The position numbers and the translations under genes were made by a program. Positions 18,181-26,525 of a stretch of DNA of 43,824 nt are shown in pieces; the stretch's first letter is position 1, and the number at the start of each line of letters is the position of its first letter. Under the pieces are notes generated by a model. That model saw only the letters and a program-made list of their open reading frames with translations, was not told the DNA's origin and ran no database searches. The DNA comes from an uncultured Gammaproteobacteria bacterium (GTDB lineage Bacteria > Patescibacteriota > Patescibacteriia > 2-12-FULL-60-25), in NCBI GenBank assembly GCA_964425575.1, contig CAYRMN010000006.1:1140-44963 (forward strand). The letters are read 5' to 3'.

Positions 18181-18307
18181 TTTTTGCCAAATCGCAAAAA
18201 GAAGCAAAAAAAGATTTTGGGGGCGGCTGACCTCGCTCAACGCGAAGGCTTTATCAGGTAGATCGCCTTCACTAGATCGCTCGAACAGGCAGGCGCCCCC
18301 AAACCCC
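18181..18307. repeat. palindromic intergenic repeat, family D, copy 1
   Basis: TTTTTGCCAAATCGCAAAA...GATTTTGGGGGCGGCTGACCTCGCTCAACGC, then a central hairpin, then CTAGATCGCTCGAACAGGCAGGCGCCCCCAAACCCC. Second copy at 39765-39885. Confidence 0.85.
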
Positions 18308-18377
18308 TTGAGGGTTGTTTATAAAAAGTCTGGTAGTTTGGTTGGCAAGCGCGGCCTAAGTAAGATATGCTGTTGTC

Positions 18378-19748
18378 ATGAACACACGCATATCATTTTT
18401 TTGTCTCGTTTTATTACTTGGTGTAGTGGCACACCCTCTCCAATTACGTGCCGCGACTATTCCCGCTCGTGTAAGCGGGCAGGTGCTTTTGCAAGTACAG
18501 AGTCATGGTGAGGCGTGGTATGTGAATCCGGTTGATGGACGGCGCTATTATTTGAAGAATGGAGCAGCTGCCTATACAGTCATGCGAAAATTGGGGTTGG
18601 GTATCAGTAATGCAAATTTTGCAAAATTCATGTCAGGCAATGCCGTATTACGAGCTCGTTTGAGAGGAAGAATTGTGCTCAAAACAGAAGATCATGGCAA
18701 AGCCTATTATTTGTGCCCACGAACGGGGAGAATCGAGTATTTAAAAGATGGTGCTGCGGCGTATCAGATCATGCGTGGATGTGGATTGGGCGTGACCAAT
18801 GCAACGCTCGCGACAATTCCTCAAGCTGAGGTGTCTTTTGTTCCGCCTTCAGCGCCACCGGTCCTCCCGCCGACAGAACCTACCCCTCCGGCTATTGTTA
18901 TTCCGCCGACGACATCGATTGATCTTCCGCATATTGCTGGCTGTCAGGTATTTCCAGCAGATAATCCCTGGAATCAAGACATTTCTGCGTTGCCAGTTCA
19001 TGCAAATTCAGCGACGTACATCTCATCGATCGGTCTTAGCAAGAAGCTTCATCCTGATTTTGGCTGGAAGATTTACGGCATGCCATATACGGTCGTGTCA
19101 GGCTCTCAGCCGAAGGTGCCGATTACGTTTACAGCCTATGGCAATGAAAGTGATCCGGGACCCTATCCAATTCCCCTTGATGCAAAACAGGAAAGTGGCA
19201 GTGATGCGCATATGCTCGTTGTAGATAAAGATGCCTGTAAATTGTATGAGCTGTTTCACTCAGCTCGGACGGCTAATGGCTGGTCGGGGGACTCTGGGGC
19301 AGTATGGGATTTGAAATCAAATGCGCTTCGGCCTCTTGGCTGGACCTCGGCTGATGCGGCTGGTTTACCGATTTTGCCGGGACTCGTGCGCTACGATGAG
19401 GTCGCAGCTGGGGAGATCAAACACGCTATTCGCTTTACTGCTCCAGCAACGCAACGAGGCTATATTCTTCCAGCCACTCATTTTGCGGGCCAGAATAATC
19501 CCAGCCTTCCACCCATGGGGCTCCGTGTCCGCTTAAAAGCGAATTACGATATTTCCAAATTAACTGGTGAGGCCAAAGTCATTGCCACAGCCATGAAAAA
19601 ATACGGCATGATCCTGGCGGATAACGGTTCTTCTTGGTTTTTTCAGGGGAGCCAAGATGATCGTTGGAACGATGACGAATTGAATCAATTAAAAGTCATT
19701 CCCGGAAGTGCATTTGAAGCAGTAGAGACGGGGGAGATTCATCGATAA
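18378..19748 (+). CDS. secreted protein: two tandem ~70-aa N-terminal repeats, a Pro-rich linker and a conserved C-terminal domain of unknown function
   Basis: Signal peptide MNTRISFFCLVLLLGVVAHPLQLRA. Repeats GQVLLQVQSHGEAWYVNPVDGRRYYLKNGAAAYTVMRKLGLGIS and GRIVLKTEDHGKAYYLCPRTGRIEYLKDGAAAYQIMRGCGLGVT. Linker PPSAPPVLPPTEPTPPAIVIPP. Confidence 0.75.
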   Translation: MNTRISFFCLVLLLGVVAHPLQLRAATIPARVSGQVLLQVQSHGEAWYVNPVDGRRYYLKNGAAAYTVMRKLGLGISNANFAKFMSGNAVLRARLRGRIVLKTEDHGKAYYLCPRTGRIEYLKDGAAAYQIMRGCGLGVTNATLATIPQAEVSFVPPSAPPVLPPTEPTPPAIVIPPTTSIDLPHIAGCQVFPADNPWNQDISALPVHANSATYISSIGLSKKLHPDFGWKIYGMPYTVVSGSQPKVPITFTAYGNESDPGPYPIPLDAKQESGSDAHMLVVDKDACKLYELFHSARTANGWSGDSGAVWDLKSNALRPLGWTSADAAGLPILPGLVRYDEVAAGEIKHAIRFTAPATQRGYILPATHFAGQNNPSLPPMGLRVRLKANYDISKLTGEAKVIATAMKKYGMILADNGSSWFFQGSQDDRWNDDELNQLKVIPGSAFEAVETGEIHR

Positions 19749-20525
19749 AAAAAGACCGGCAGCTGGGGAGTCCCATGCTGCCGGCGCCACATCGTGGCAT
19801 TTTTTGTGCGAGGTCCGGGTTCCTGTAGGCGTAACAGGATAACCGGCGCGGAACAACGTAGCCCATCGGGCTTTCTACTGATTCAGGATGTGGCTCATCC
19901 CTAGCTCGTCGCCGCGGAGCATCTTTCCACAAAAGAGCGTGTTCGGATGTATGTTGGGATCGCAGCCACGCGATCTGGCCCACGCGATATCTGCTCGCGT
20001 CTTGCCTGAAGGATCAGAGGCAAAGACCTATCCGATTGGGGCATGTTCCCCACGGCCAAGTGGCCGTATGTATCTCGCGGGATCGTTCCTCCACCAAATG
20101 TGGAGCTTTCCGCGTTTTTCCTGAAGAAACACCGACCAGCTGAGTCTCCGTCCATCAATGATGGCACGTCCGGGCTAGACTCACTGCAACCCCGGGCTCT
20201 GTCTTCAAGCGGCCACTTGGGCCAGGTCCCTAGGCGAGGTTTCTCGCTTTCGGTCGAACGAACGTGGGCTAGAATCGACCGATCCGGTCGACGGGGGCAC
20301 GTGCCACCCCCTATGCCCTTGGGAAGATGCGTCCGGAGTCTATGTACTCCGCGAAGACGCTATACTCAGATGTGTTACAACCTTGGCAGGCCTTCCTGCC
20401 TTGGTAGCTACGGGAGAGTTCTCTGACCACCAGGCAAAGCGCCAAATGGCGGGGAACTTCGTACCCCCTCACTCTATCCGTTGTCCCTTAGATCGGTTCG
20501 GAGTAACTCCGCTTCGATCCTTGAC
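19747..20525 (-). ncRNA. candidate large (~780 nt) structured non-coding RNA, class unknown
   Basis: A perfect minus-strand promoter lies at 20532-20560. An intrinsic terminator (CCGGCAGC...GCTGCCGG plus a T-run) lies at the 3' end. No ORF exceeds 127 aa on either strand despite elevated G+C. Many 5-10 bp hairpins are present (see finding). TSS and 3' end are approximate. Confidence 0.55.
19755..19805. terminator. back-to-back hairpins forming a bidirectional terminator
   Basis: ACCGGCAGC...GCTGCCGG is preceded by AAAAAAA, which gives a T-run on the minus strand. The adjacent GCCAC-atc-GTGGC is followed by ATTTTTT on the plus strand, which terminates the 18378..19748 gene. Confidence 0.7.
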
Positions 20526-20531
20526 AACCCT

Positions 20532-20560
20532 ACTATACTACAGATCTCAGAATCTGTCAA
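20532..20560 (-). promoter_or_regulatory. consensus sigma70-type promoter driving the candidate ncRNA
   Basis: On the minus strand: TTGACA (complement of 20555-20560), 17-nt spacer, TATAGT (complement of 20532-20537). Embedded in the inverted repeat CCTTGACA...TGTCAAGG (20519-20562). Confidence 0.7.
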
Positions 20561-20634
20561 GGTGGGTTGTCTATGCATAAGTAAGCCAAATTTTACATAA
20601 GAACTCCCTCAATCTCGTAGGGAGAAGGTTGATT

Positions 20635-20718
20635 TGTCGTCCTGAGCTTGTCGAAGGATCTGCTCTGTCTCATGCGGAGAAGATCCTTCGATTTCGTCAG
20701 ACTCCACTCAGGACGACG
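20635..20718. repeat. family A repeat, copy 3 (shorter variant)
   Basis: GTCGTCCTGAGCTTGTCGAAGGATC...GATCCTTCGATTTCGTCAGACTCCACTCAGGACGAC. Confidence 0.8.
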
Positions 20719-20730
20719 GCGGAGGAAGCG

Positions 20731-21516
20731 TTATCCCGTCTCCGGTGCTGGTTCAGATACTCCCCACAAAAATTCAAATACGCTGTTTAGACTCTCGTAC
20801 ATGTCGGTGGAGGTGAGAACGACGGCAAATTGGCGTCCGAGACGGCCGTTCATGAAGGCGATTTTACCGTCATAGAGGTACATCAGCATGTTGAAATTGA
20901 TGGATGGAGGAACATAGCGAATATGCCGCAGAACGCTCATGCCGGACATGGAGATAAGGGGATTGAGTTTTTGTGTTTGTTGTTTTGAAATCTGAGGCCG
21001 AAGACTTTGGTGATACACGCCGGCCGCGATGCGACGCCGACTCCAATCGAGCATGAATGCCTCAGTAACACTCAATAGAAACTCATCATCATGGATCGAT
21101 CCGATAACGCGGTAGTTTTTTGTCGGGTTACGCAGAATTTCTTCCAACACAATTTTGAGTCCTTGGGCTTCGGGGAAAAAGCGGAACTTAGGAATCGCAG
21201 ACGTTTGGTGGGAGAGCGCGTCTTTTAGCAAGGGTAAGGCATGTTGGATGTCTTTGATCCGTTCCTCCATGAGTTTTTGCACCATCTCCGCATCGCAGGG
21301 TGAATACCGGGTTCGTCCTTCGCGAATACTCTCGGACAACAAGCCACGGGCAATTAAGGTTTCAAGATGACGATACACCGCCGTACGCGTCAGCTTGGCA
21401 CGTTTGGCAATATCCGCTGCTTTTGCATCTCCGAGCGTGACACAGGCGGCATAGATGTTGATTTCATCTTGCGTTAGTCCAAGATGGGAAAGGATGGCGA
21501 ATTGAGAGGGAGGCAT
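20731..21516 (-). CDS. TrmB-family transcriptional regulator
   Basis: N-terminal winged HTH LGLTQDEINIYAACVTLGDAKAADIAKRAKLTRTAVYRHLETLIARGLL, followed by a ~170-aa effector-type C-terminal domain. Divergent from the PPDK_N array. Confidence 0.8.
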   Translation of the reverse strand: MPPSQFAILSHLGLTQDEINIYAACVTLGDAKAADIAKRAKLTRTAVYRHLETLIARGLLSESIREGRTRYSPCDAEMVQKLMEERIKDIQHALPLLKDALSHQTSAIPKFRFFPEAQGLKIVLEEILRNPTKNYRVIGSIHDDEFLLSVTEAFMLDWSRRRIAAGVYHQSLRPQISKQQTQKLNPLISMSGMSVLRHIRYVPPSINFNMLMYLYDGKIAFMNGRLGRQFAVVLTSTDMYESLNSVFEFLWGVSEPAPETG

Positions 21517-21538
21517 AGAGAGTTGCTTGTATTTTCTC

Positions 21539-21627
21539 TGTCATTTCGACCGAGGAGTCCGACGACGAGCGGAGGAATCCCTTCGAAGGGGTCCCTCAGC
21601 TCCGTCAGACTTCGCTCGGGACGACAG
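21539..21627. repeat. family B repeat, copy 2
   Basis: Near-identical to 8051-8139. Lies inside the divergent regulatory region between the TrmB-like gene and the PPDK_N gene. Confidence 0.85.
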
Positions 21628-21730
21628 ATTGGGGATACATGGTCAGTTTGTGTGAAGTCTTATTCCCGTTGTCCACCCGTGACAACAGATAATTGAAGAA
21701 TAGCCCGTTAAACGCTATTCTACCGCGTAT

Positions 21731-22669
21731 ATGAACTATACGCGACCTTTTGCGGAGCTCTCAAAACAAGACGTGGGCATCGCGGGCGGAAAGGGTGCAT
21801 CGCTCGGTGAAATGACAAAGGCGGGAATTCCCGTTCCGCCGGGTTTTGTTGTACTTGCCCCTGCTTTTGATCGCTTTTTAGATGAGACGGATTTACGACA
21901 AGAAGTCGAGGCACAGCTTGGTCGCATCAATTATGAGGATGTCGCTTCAGTCGAACGAGCTTCAGAAGTGATCCGGTCACTCATCGAAAGCGCTTCTTTT
22001 CCGGTCGATCTTGAAAAAGAAGTACAGGCGTCGTTTCAGGAACTAGGAGCGGAGTATGTCGCTGTTCGTTCTTCCGCCACCGCCGAAGATTCTTCCGCTG
22101 CGAGTTGGGCTGGAGAACTGGAGAGTTATTTAAACACTCGTGAGCCAGAACTATGCGATCGCATCAAGCGTTGCTGGGCCTCGTTGTTTACGCCACGCGC
22201 CATTGTGTATCGCAAAGAAAAAGAGCTGCATACGACGCATGTATCCGTGGCCGTCGTGGTTCAAAAAATGGTGCAGTCGGAAGTGGCTGGTATCACCTTC
22301 ACCGTCCATCCGGTTACCAAGGACGCAAATCAAATGATCATCGAAGCCTGTTGGGGTTTGGGAGAGTTTATTGTTGGTGGAATCGTTACGCCCGATTCAT
22401 ATGTCGTTGATAAGCGTGACGGCACATTGATTGATGTGAATGTGGCTGAGCAACCAGAGAAGCTCGCGCGTGGCGCGGGAGAGAACGAGCGCGTATCTGT
22501 ACCGTCAGAAAAGATGAGCCAACAAAAGTTGGATGGTAAACAGATTCGCGAGATTGGAGATATCTGTGAGCGCATAGAAAAACATTACGGCTTCCCTTGC
22601 GATATCGAATGGGCGTTTGAACAGAATACGTTTTATATCGTGCAGAGTCGACCGATTACGACGCTGTAA
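21731..22669 (+). CDS. stand-alone PPDK_N-type ATP-grasp (nucleotide-binding) domain protein
   Basis: GIAGGKGASLGEM, VAVRSSATAEDS, WASLFTPRAIVYR, VAVVVQKMV and DIEWAF...YIVQSRPIT. This is the N-terminal domain of PpsA/PPDK/rifampin phosphotransferase with nothing fused to it. Confidence 0.88.
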   Translation: MNYTRPFAELSKQDVGIAGGKGASLGEMTKAGIPVPPGFVVLAPAFDRFLDETDLRQEVEAQLGRINYEDVASVERASEVIRSLIESASFPVDLEKEVQASFQELGAEYVAVRSSATAEDSSAASWAGELESYLNTREPELCDRIKRCWASLFTPRAIVYRKEKELHTTHVSVAVVVQKMVQSEVAGITFTVHPVTKDANQMIIEACWGLGEFIVGGIVTPDSYVVDKRDGTLIDVNVAEQPEKLARGAGENERVSVPSEKMSQQKLDGKQIREIGDICERIEKHYGFPCDIEWAFEQNTFYIVQSRPITTL

Positions 22670-22677
22670 CCAACCCT

Positions 22678-24159
22678 ATGGATAGGCTTGAAATTCAAAA
22701 ATACGTTGATACATATGCATGGTATTTGTTTGAGCAAATACCGCAGTGCCCTTTATGGTTTTGCTTATCTCCGCTGAGTGCGTATGTTCGTCGACTTGAT
22801 GAATCACACGGAGTCGGTCGTTTTCGTGGTTTTTACATTTTCCAAAACGGAGATTTGTACATGTTCAAGATGGCGGGAGAGCTAGAGCATGCGGGTGAAG
22901 TATTGATTGAGAGGGATGTGCAAGAGAAAGGATTTTTGCTTTCTGTGCTGCTTGAGATTGAACAACTGAGTAATGAGTTGACGAGAGGGTCTCGTGCACT
23001 GCAGGACATGGATATAGACAATACAGAGAATAAAAAGTTAGCTGCTGTTTTTCAGCAGGTATTTGAGATCCATGAAGATCTTTGGGTAAAAGGACAAGCT
23101 ATTAATTTATTGGAACATGGGTATTCCTTATTGGGAAAGATGCTAATGAAGCTTTTAAGGCAGGACGGAGTACCTGAGAAACATGTGATCGAGATTTCAG
23201 CTGTACTAACTACGCCGGAGCGTTACAGCAATCTCCAAAAAGAAGAACAAGACCTTCTTTCCCTTGTCGAGCAAGGCGCAACCGAGGATCGAATCACGCA
23301 GCATTGGAAAAAATGGGCGTGGCTTGGTTATAACTGGCTGGGACCTGCCTACGAGCGAGAACACTTTGTTACAAGAGCTCAGCTCTTGGAAAAGGACGAA
23401 ATACGAAAAGGGTTGATAAAGACTGAAGAGCGATATCGAGAAGACGTGCGGGCACGAAAACAAAAAGTAAAAACTGATTTTAGACTTTCCAATGAAACGA
23501 TGAGGATCGCCATTCTTATCGAAGAAATAATTTTTTGTAAGGCTGCACGTGTAGATGCATCTTGGCTCTTTTATTGGAGCGTTGAGGGTCTTTTTAAGAA
23601 AATCGCAGAGGAGTACGGGCTCTCCTATATACAGGTGCAATTTTTAAAACCAGATGAAATTATTGCTGCGTTGAATGGTGAATGCGTGGATGCAGATATA
23701 TTGAGAAAGCGGAAAAGATCTTACGCTATCTTATTCCGTGACGGAATCATTGAAGAATACTTCGATGAGATTGCGACATTAATTTTTACAACCATAGGGA
23801 AAACTCTGTCTATCGACTCTTCAGAGATGCAGGAGCTTAGAGGTGATGTTGGTTCACCAGGAATTGCAAATGGAATCGTCAAAATTGTGAATATGCCGGG
23901 TGATATCTCAAAAATGCAGGAGGGAAATATTTTGGTTTCTCACACGACAAACCCAAGTTTAGTTCCTGCGATGAAAATGGCCGGGGCTATCGTCGCAGAT
24001 GTAGGAGGTGTTACCAGCCACGCCGCGATCGTTGCGCGCGAACTCAAAAAGCCTTGCATCATCGGCACGAAGATAGCCACGAAGGTCCTCAAAGACGGTG
24101 ATGAAGTCGAAGTTGATGCGGAAAAGGGAGTGGTGAGAATCTTAAAACGAGCCTCGTAA
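22678..24159 (+). CDS. phosphohistidine swivel-domain protein, paralog 1 (long helical N-domain plus PEP-utilizers mobile domain)
   Basis: C-terminus GSPGIANGIVKIV...NILVSHTTNPSLVPAMKMAGAIVADVGGVTSHAAIVARELKKPCIIGTKIATKVLKDGDEVEVDAEKGVVRIL. The ~400-aa N-terminal region was not recognised. Confidence 0.85.
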   Translation: MDRLEIQKYVDTYAWYLFEQIPQCPLWFCLSPLSAYVRRLDESHGVGRFRGFYIFQNGDLYMFKMAGELEHAGEVLIERDVQEKGFLLSVLLEIEQLSNELTRGSRALQDMDIDNTENKKLAAVFQQVFEIHEDLWVKGQAINLLEHGYSLLGKMLMKLLRQDGVPEKHVIEISAVLTTPERYSNLQKEEQDLLSLVEQGATEDRITQHWKKWAWLGYNWLGPAYEREHFVTRAQLLEKDEIRKGLIKTEERYREDVRARKQKVKTDFRLSNETMRIAILIEEIIFCKAARVDASWLFYWSVEGLFKKIAEEYGLSYIQVQFLKPDEIIAALNGECVDADILRKRKRSYAILFRDGIIEEYFDEIATLIFTTIGKTLSIDSSEMQELRGDVGSPGIANGIVKIVNMPGDISKMQEGNILVSHTTNPSLVPAMKMAGAIVADVGGVTSHAAIVARELKKPCIIGTKIATKVLKDGDEVEVDAEKGVVRILKRAS

Positions 24160-24162
24160 ATT

Positions 24163-25269
24163 ATGACTTTTAAGATGAACCCAACGATCAAAGATTTTGA
24201 ATTGACCTTTGAGGGTCAAGGCATGCCATATATTTATGAACGCTTTTTGTATGCCTACTATCTTCCTGCGAAGTCGGTCTCGATTATTAAGAATGGGGTT
24301 GTTCAGGAATTCATGCACAAGGACACGCTTGAGGAGATGAATCAGGAAGGCCTGAGGCTTACTCCGAAAAAAGTTCAGGACTTGATAGAACAAATGGACC
24401 TAACTGTTCAAAAGAATAAAAAGGAGATGGAAGAGATTTTGAAAGAACCGTTAACCAAAGAGTCCCTTCAAAGAGCATTTCGCAATGTGGGAGAAGTAAC
24501 TAGGGCGTATTATTTTTTTGACCCACATTTTTTTGACGGAATTTTTGCCACATCACTTCACGATCCTCAGGCGGCAGAAGTCGTACGACTGGTTCAAGAA
24601 TATAAGAATGTGGCCCGGGAATATTTTAATCACGTTCATTTTGGAGAGACAGGAGATATTCCTCGTGTACTTTTGTGCCTGAGTCTCCAGACCGGCATCT
24701 CGTTCGAGGAATTACAAAACTATACGGAAGATGAGCTTGTTCTCATTATTGATAGCGTGAGGGTGCCGCAAGAGATTATCGCTGGCCGAAAGAGGTTGTA
24801 TGTTCCGTGGTGCGACGAATCTGGAAAACAGGTGGGGGAAATAGCCGGTCAGGAGGCGGAAGAATTTTGCCAACAGTTTTACGCGAGCAAAGAGGCGTTT
24901 GAAGGAGAGATATTGAAAGGAAAAACCGCCCACTCATCCCCATCTCTGGTACGCGGCATCGTGAAGTGCATCACACGAGACTACAACGATGTGAAGCGCA
25001 TGTACCGACAGATGGAGGAAATGAAGCAAGGGGATATTTTGGTCACACAAACGACAGATCCCGAAATGATGCTTGCACTTCGCAAGGCATCGGCAGCCAT
25101 TACAGATATCGGTGGTATGTTGTCGCATACGGCCATCACCGCCCGAGAACTCAATATCCCGTGCATTGTCGATACCAAATTTGCTACTCAACGTTTGCGA
25201 GATGGGGATGAAGTTGAAGTTGATACGGAGAAGGGGATCGTAAGGATTTTGAAGCGCGCGCAGAAGTGA
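24163..25269 (+). CDS. phosphohistidine swivel-domain protein, paralog 2 (most divergent)
   Basis: C-terminus DILVTQTTDPEMMLALRKASAAITDIGGMLSHTAITARELNIPCIVDTKFATQRLRDGDEVEVDTEKGIVRIL. Confidence 0.85.
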   Translation: MTFKMNPTIKDFELTFEGQGMPYIYERFLYAYYLPAKSVSIIKNGVVQEFMHKDTLEEMNQEGLRLTPKKVQDLIEQMDLTVQKNKKEMEEILKEPLTKESLQRAFRNVGEVTRAYYFFDPHFFDGIFATSLHDPQAAEVVRLVQEYKNVAREYFNHVHFGETGDIPRVLLCLSLQTGISFEELQNYTEDELVLIIDSVRVPQEIIAGRKRLYVPWCDESGKQVGEIAGQEAEEFCQQFYASKEAFEGEILKGKTAHSSPSLVRGIVKCITRDYNDVKRMYRQMEEMKQGDILVTQTTDPEMMLALRKASAAITDIGGMLSHTAITARELNIPCIVDTKFATQRLRDGDEVEVDTEKGIVRILKRAQK

Positions 25270-25285
25270 TTTGAATCCTTTGTCT

Positions 25286-26380
25286 ATGTCCTCAAAATAT
25301 AAAGGAGCGTTAAGAGAATATACGGTCGTAGGTATTTCGGCTGTGTTTCGGGCGATTATTTCGAAAGAATTTTCGGATTTCTTTGGTGGGAAAGGTTTAA
25401 GCAAGATTCTGTTTGTGGCTCGTGAAGATGGCTTCTGGCATTTTCAATCAGAGGAAGAAGTCTGTGGATTGGCGGATGCCTTTCTGTCCCGCGTAGAGCG
25501 GAAAGAACTCGATCTAGAAGCCGTATATCGTGATCTCGATGCGAGAGTAACGCGGCTTGAGAGTATTTATGCCAAGACGAAAGCAGACTACAACTTTGAT
25601 TTGATTCTAGGGTTTTATGAAGTCTACACTTCATTGATTCCATTCGCGTATGCCATTGCCTATAGCGGAGATAGATTAGAGGCCGTTACTCAGGATGCGG
25701 CCACACGGCAGGAGTACCTCAATTGGCTGACGAAGGCGCGTCTTCGGGCAGAGAATATTTATAAACAAGGTGAAATGTTTTTTATCCCGGCATACATGAC
25801 CTGGCTCTCAAAAAAATTATCTCGAGCCTATACCCCAGAACTTCTTCAATATCTCATGCATACGGAATTGGTTCATTTGGCGAAAAATGAAGGTGTTTTG
25901 CCTACAGTTGCTGAGTTACAAGCAAGAAAGACGCTGATGTATGCCAGCTTCTCATCTACAGGAGAAGAATATCTGACCGGGACAGCTGCCGCTCATCGTA
26001 TTCAAGAACTGGGATTATTTGAAGAAGGGAGTGTAGATACGCAAAATGTGACGCATTTCAAAGGTCAGACCGCGTATGGTGGCAGAGCAACGGGAAAAGT
26101 CCGATGTATCTTTAAGCGAGCAGATTTAGAAACGTTTGTAGAAGGTGAAATCATCGTCTCTCCCATGACTGATCCGAGCTATCTATCGGTGATGAAAAGA
26201 GCGAAGGCGTTTATTACCGATGAAGGCGGTATTTTGTGTCATGCCGCCATTGTGGCGCGTGAATTACAGAAGCCCTGCATTATCGGCACCAAAATCGCCA
26301 CCAAGGTCCTTAAAGATGGCGATGAAGTCGAAGTTGATGCGGAGAAAGGTATGGTCAGAATATTGAACAAAGCTTCGTAA
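25286..26380 (+). CDS. phosphohistidine swivel-domain protein, paralog 3
   Basis: C-terminus EIIVSPMTDPSYLSVMKRAKAFITDEGGILCHAAIVARELQKPCIIGTKIATKVLKDGDEVEVDAEKGMVRIL. ATG at 25286 chosen; a TTG at 25271 is an alternative start. Confidence 0.8.
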   Translation: MSSKYKGALREYTVVGISAVFRAIISKEFSDFFGGKGLSKILFVAREDGFWHFQSEEEVCGLADAFLSRVERKELDLEAVYRDLDARVTRLESIYAKTKADYNFDLILGFYEVYTSLIPFAYAIAYSGDRLEAVTQDAATRQEYLNWLTKARLRAENIYKQGEMFFIPAYMTWLSKKLSRAYTPELLQYLMHTELVHLAKNEGVLPTVAELQARKTLMYASFSSTGEEYLTGTAAAHRIQELGLFEEGSVDTQNVTHFKGQTAYGGRATGKVRCIFKRADLETFVEGEIIVSPMTDPSYLSVMKRAKAFITDEGGILCHAAIVARELQKPCIIGTKIATKVLKDGDEVEVDAEKGMVRILNKAS

Positions 26381-26525
26381 CATGGAGAAGATTGTATGGG
26401 AGAAATATATTGAAAGAAAACAGCCTTAGTTTGGGGCAGCGGCTTTTACTGAACCGTACGGCTCTCTTCTTTATGAGGCAACGGGTTTTGGTTTTCGTCA
26501 TCAGCTCTACATCTATCAGGCGGGA

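Noticed and set aside
19747-20560. RNase P RNA, tmRNA or group II intron identity for the non-coding unit
   Set aside because: At ~780 nt it is too long for RNase P RNA or tmRNA. I found no GGAAAGUCCGGGC paired with ACAGAACCCGGCUUA (P4). I found no tRNA-like GGUUCGA...CCACCA end and no Ala-rich tag ORF. There is no domain V-like AGC...GNRA...hairpin and no GUGYG start at a plausible 5' end. Short partial resemblances such as GTCCGGGCT and ACAGAGCCCGGGG lie on complementary strands of the same helix.
20648-20875. 75-aa ORF spanning family A repeat copy 3
   Set aside because: It is encoded largely by the palindromic repeat and overlaps the 3' end of the TrmB-like gene. Such repeat-derived peptides are recurrent annotation artefacts.
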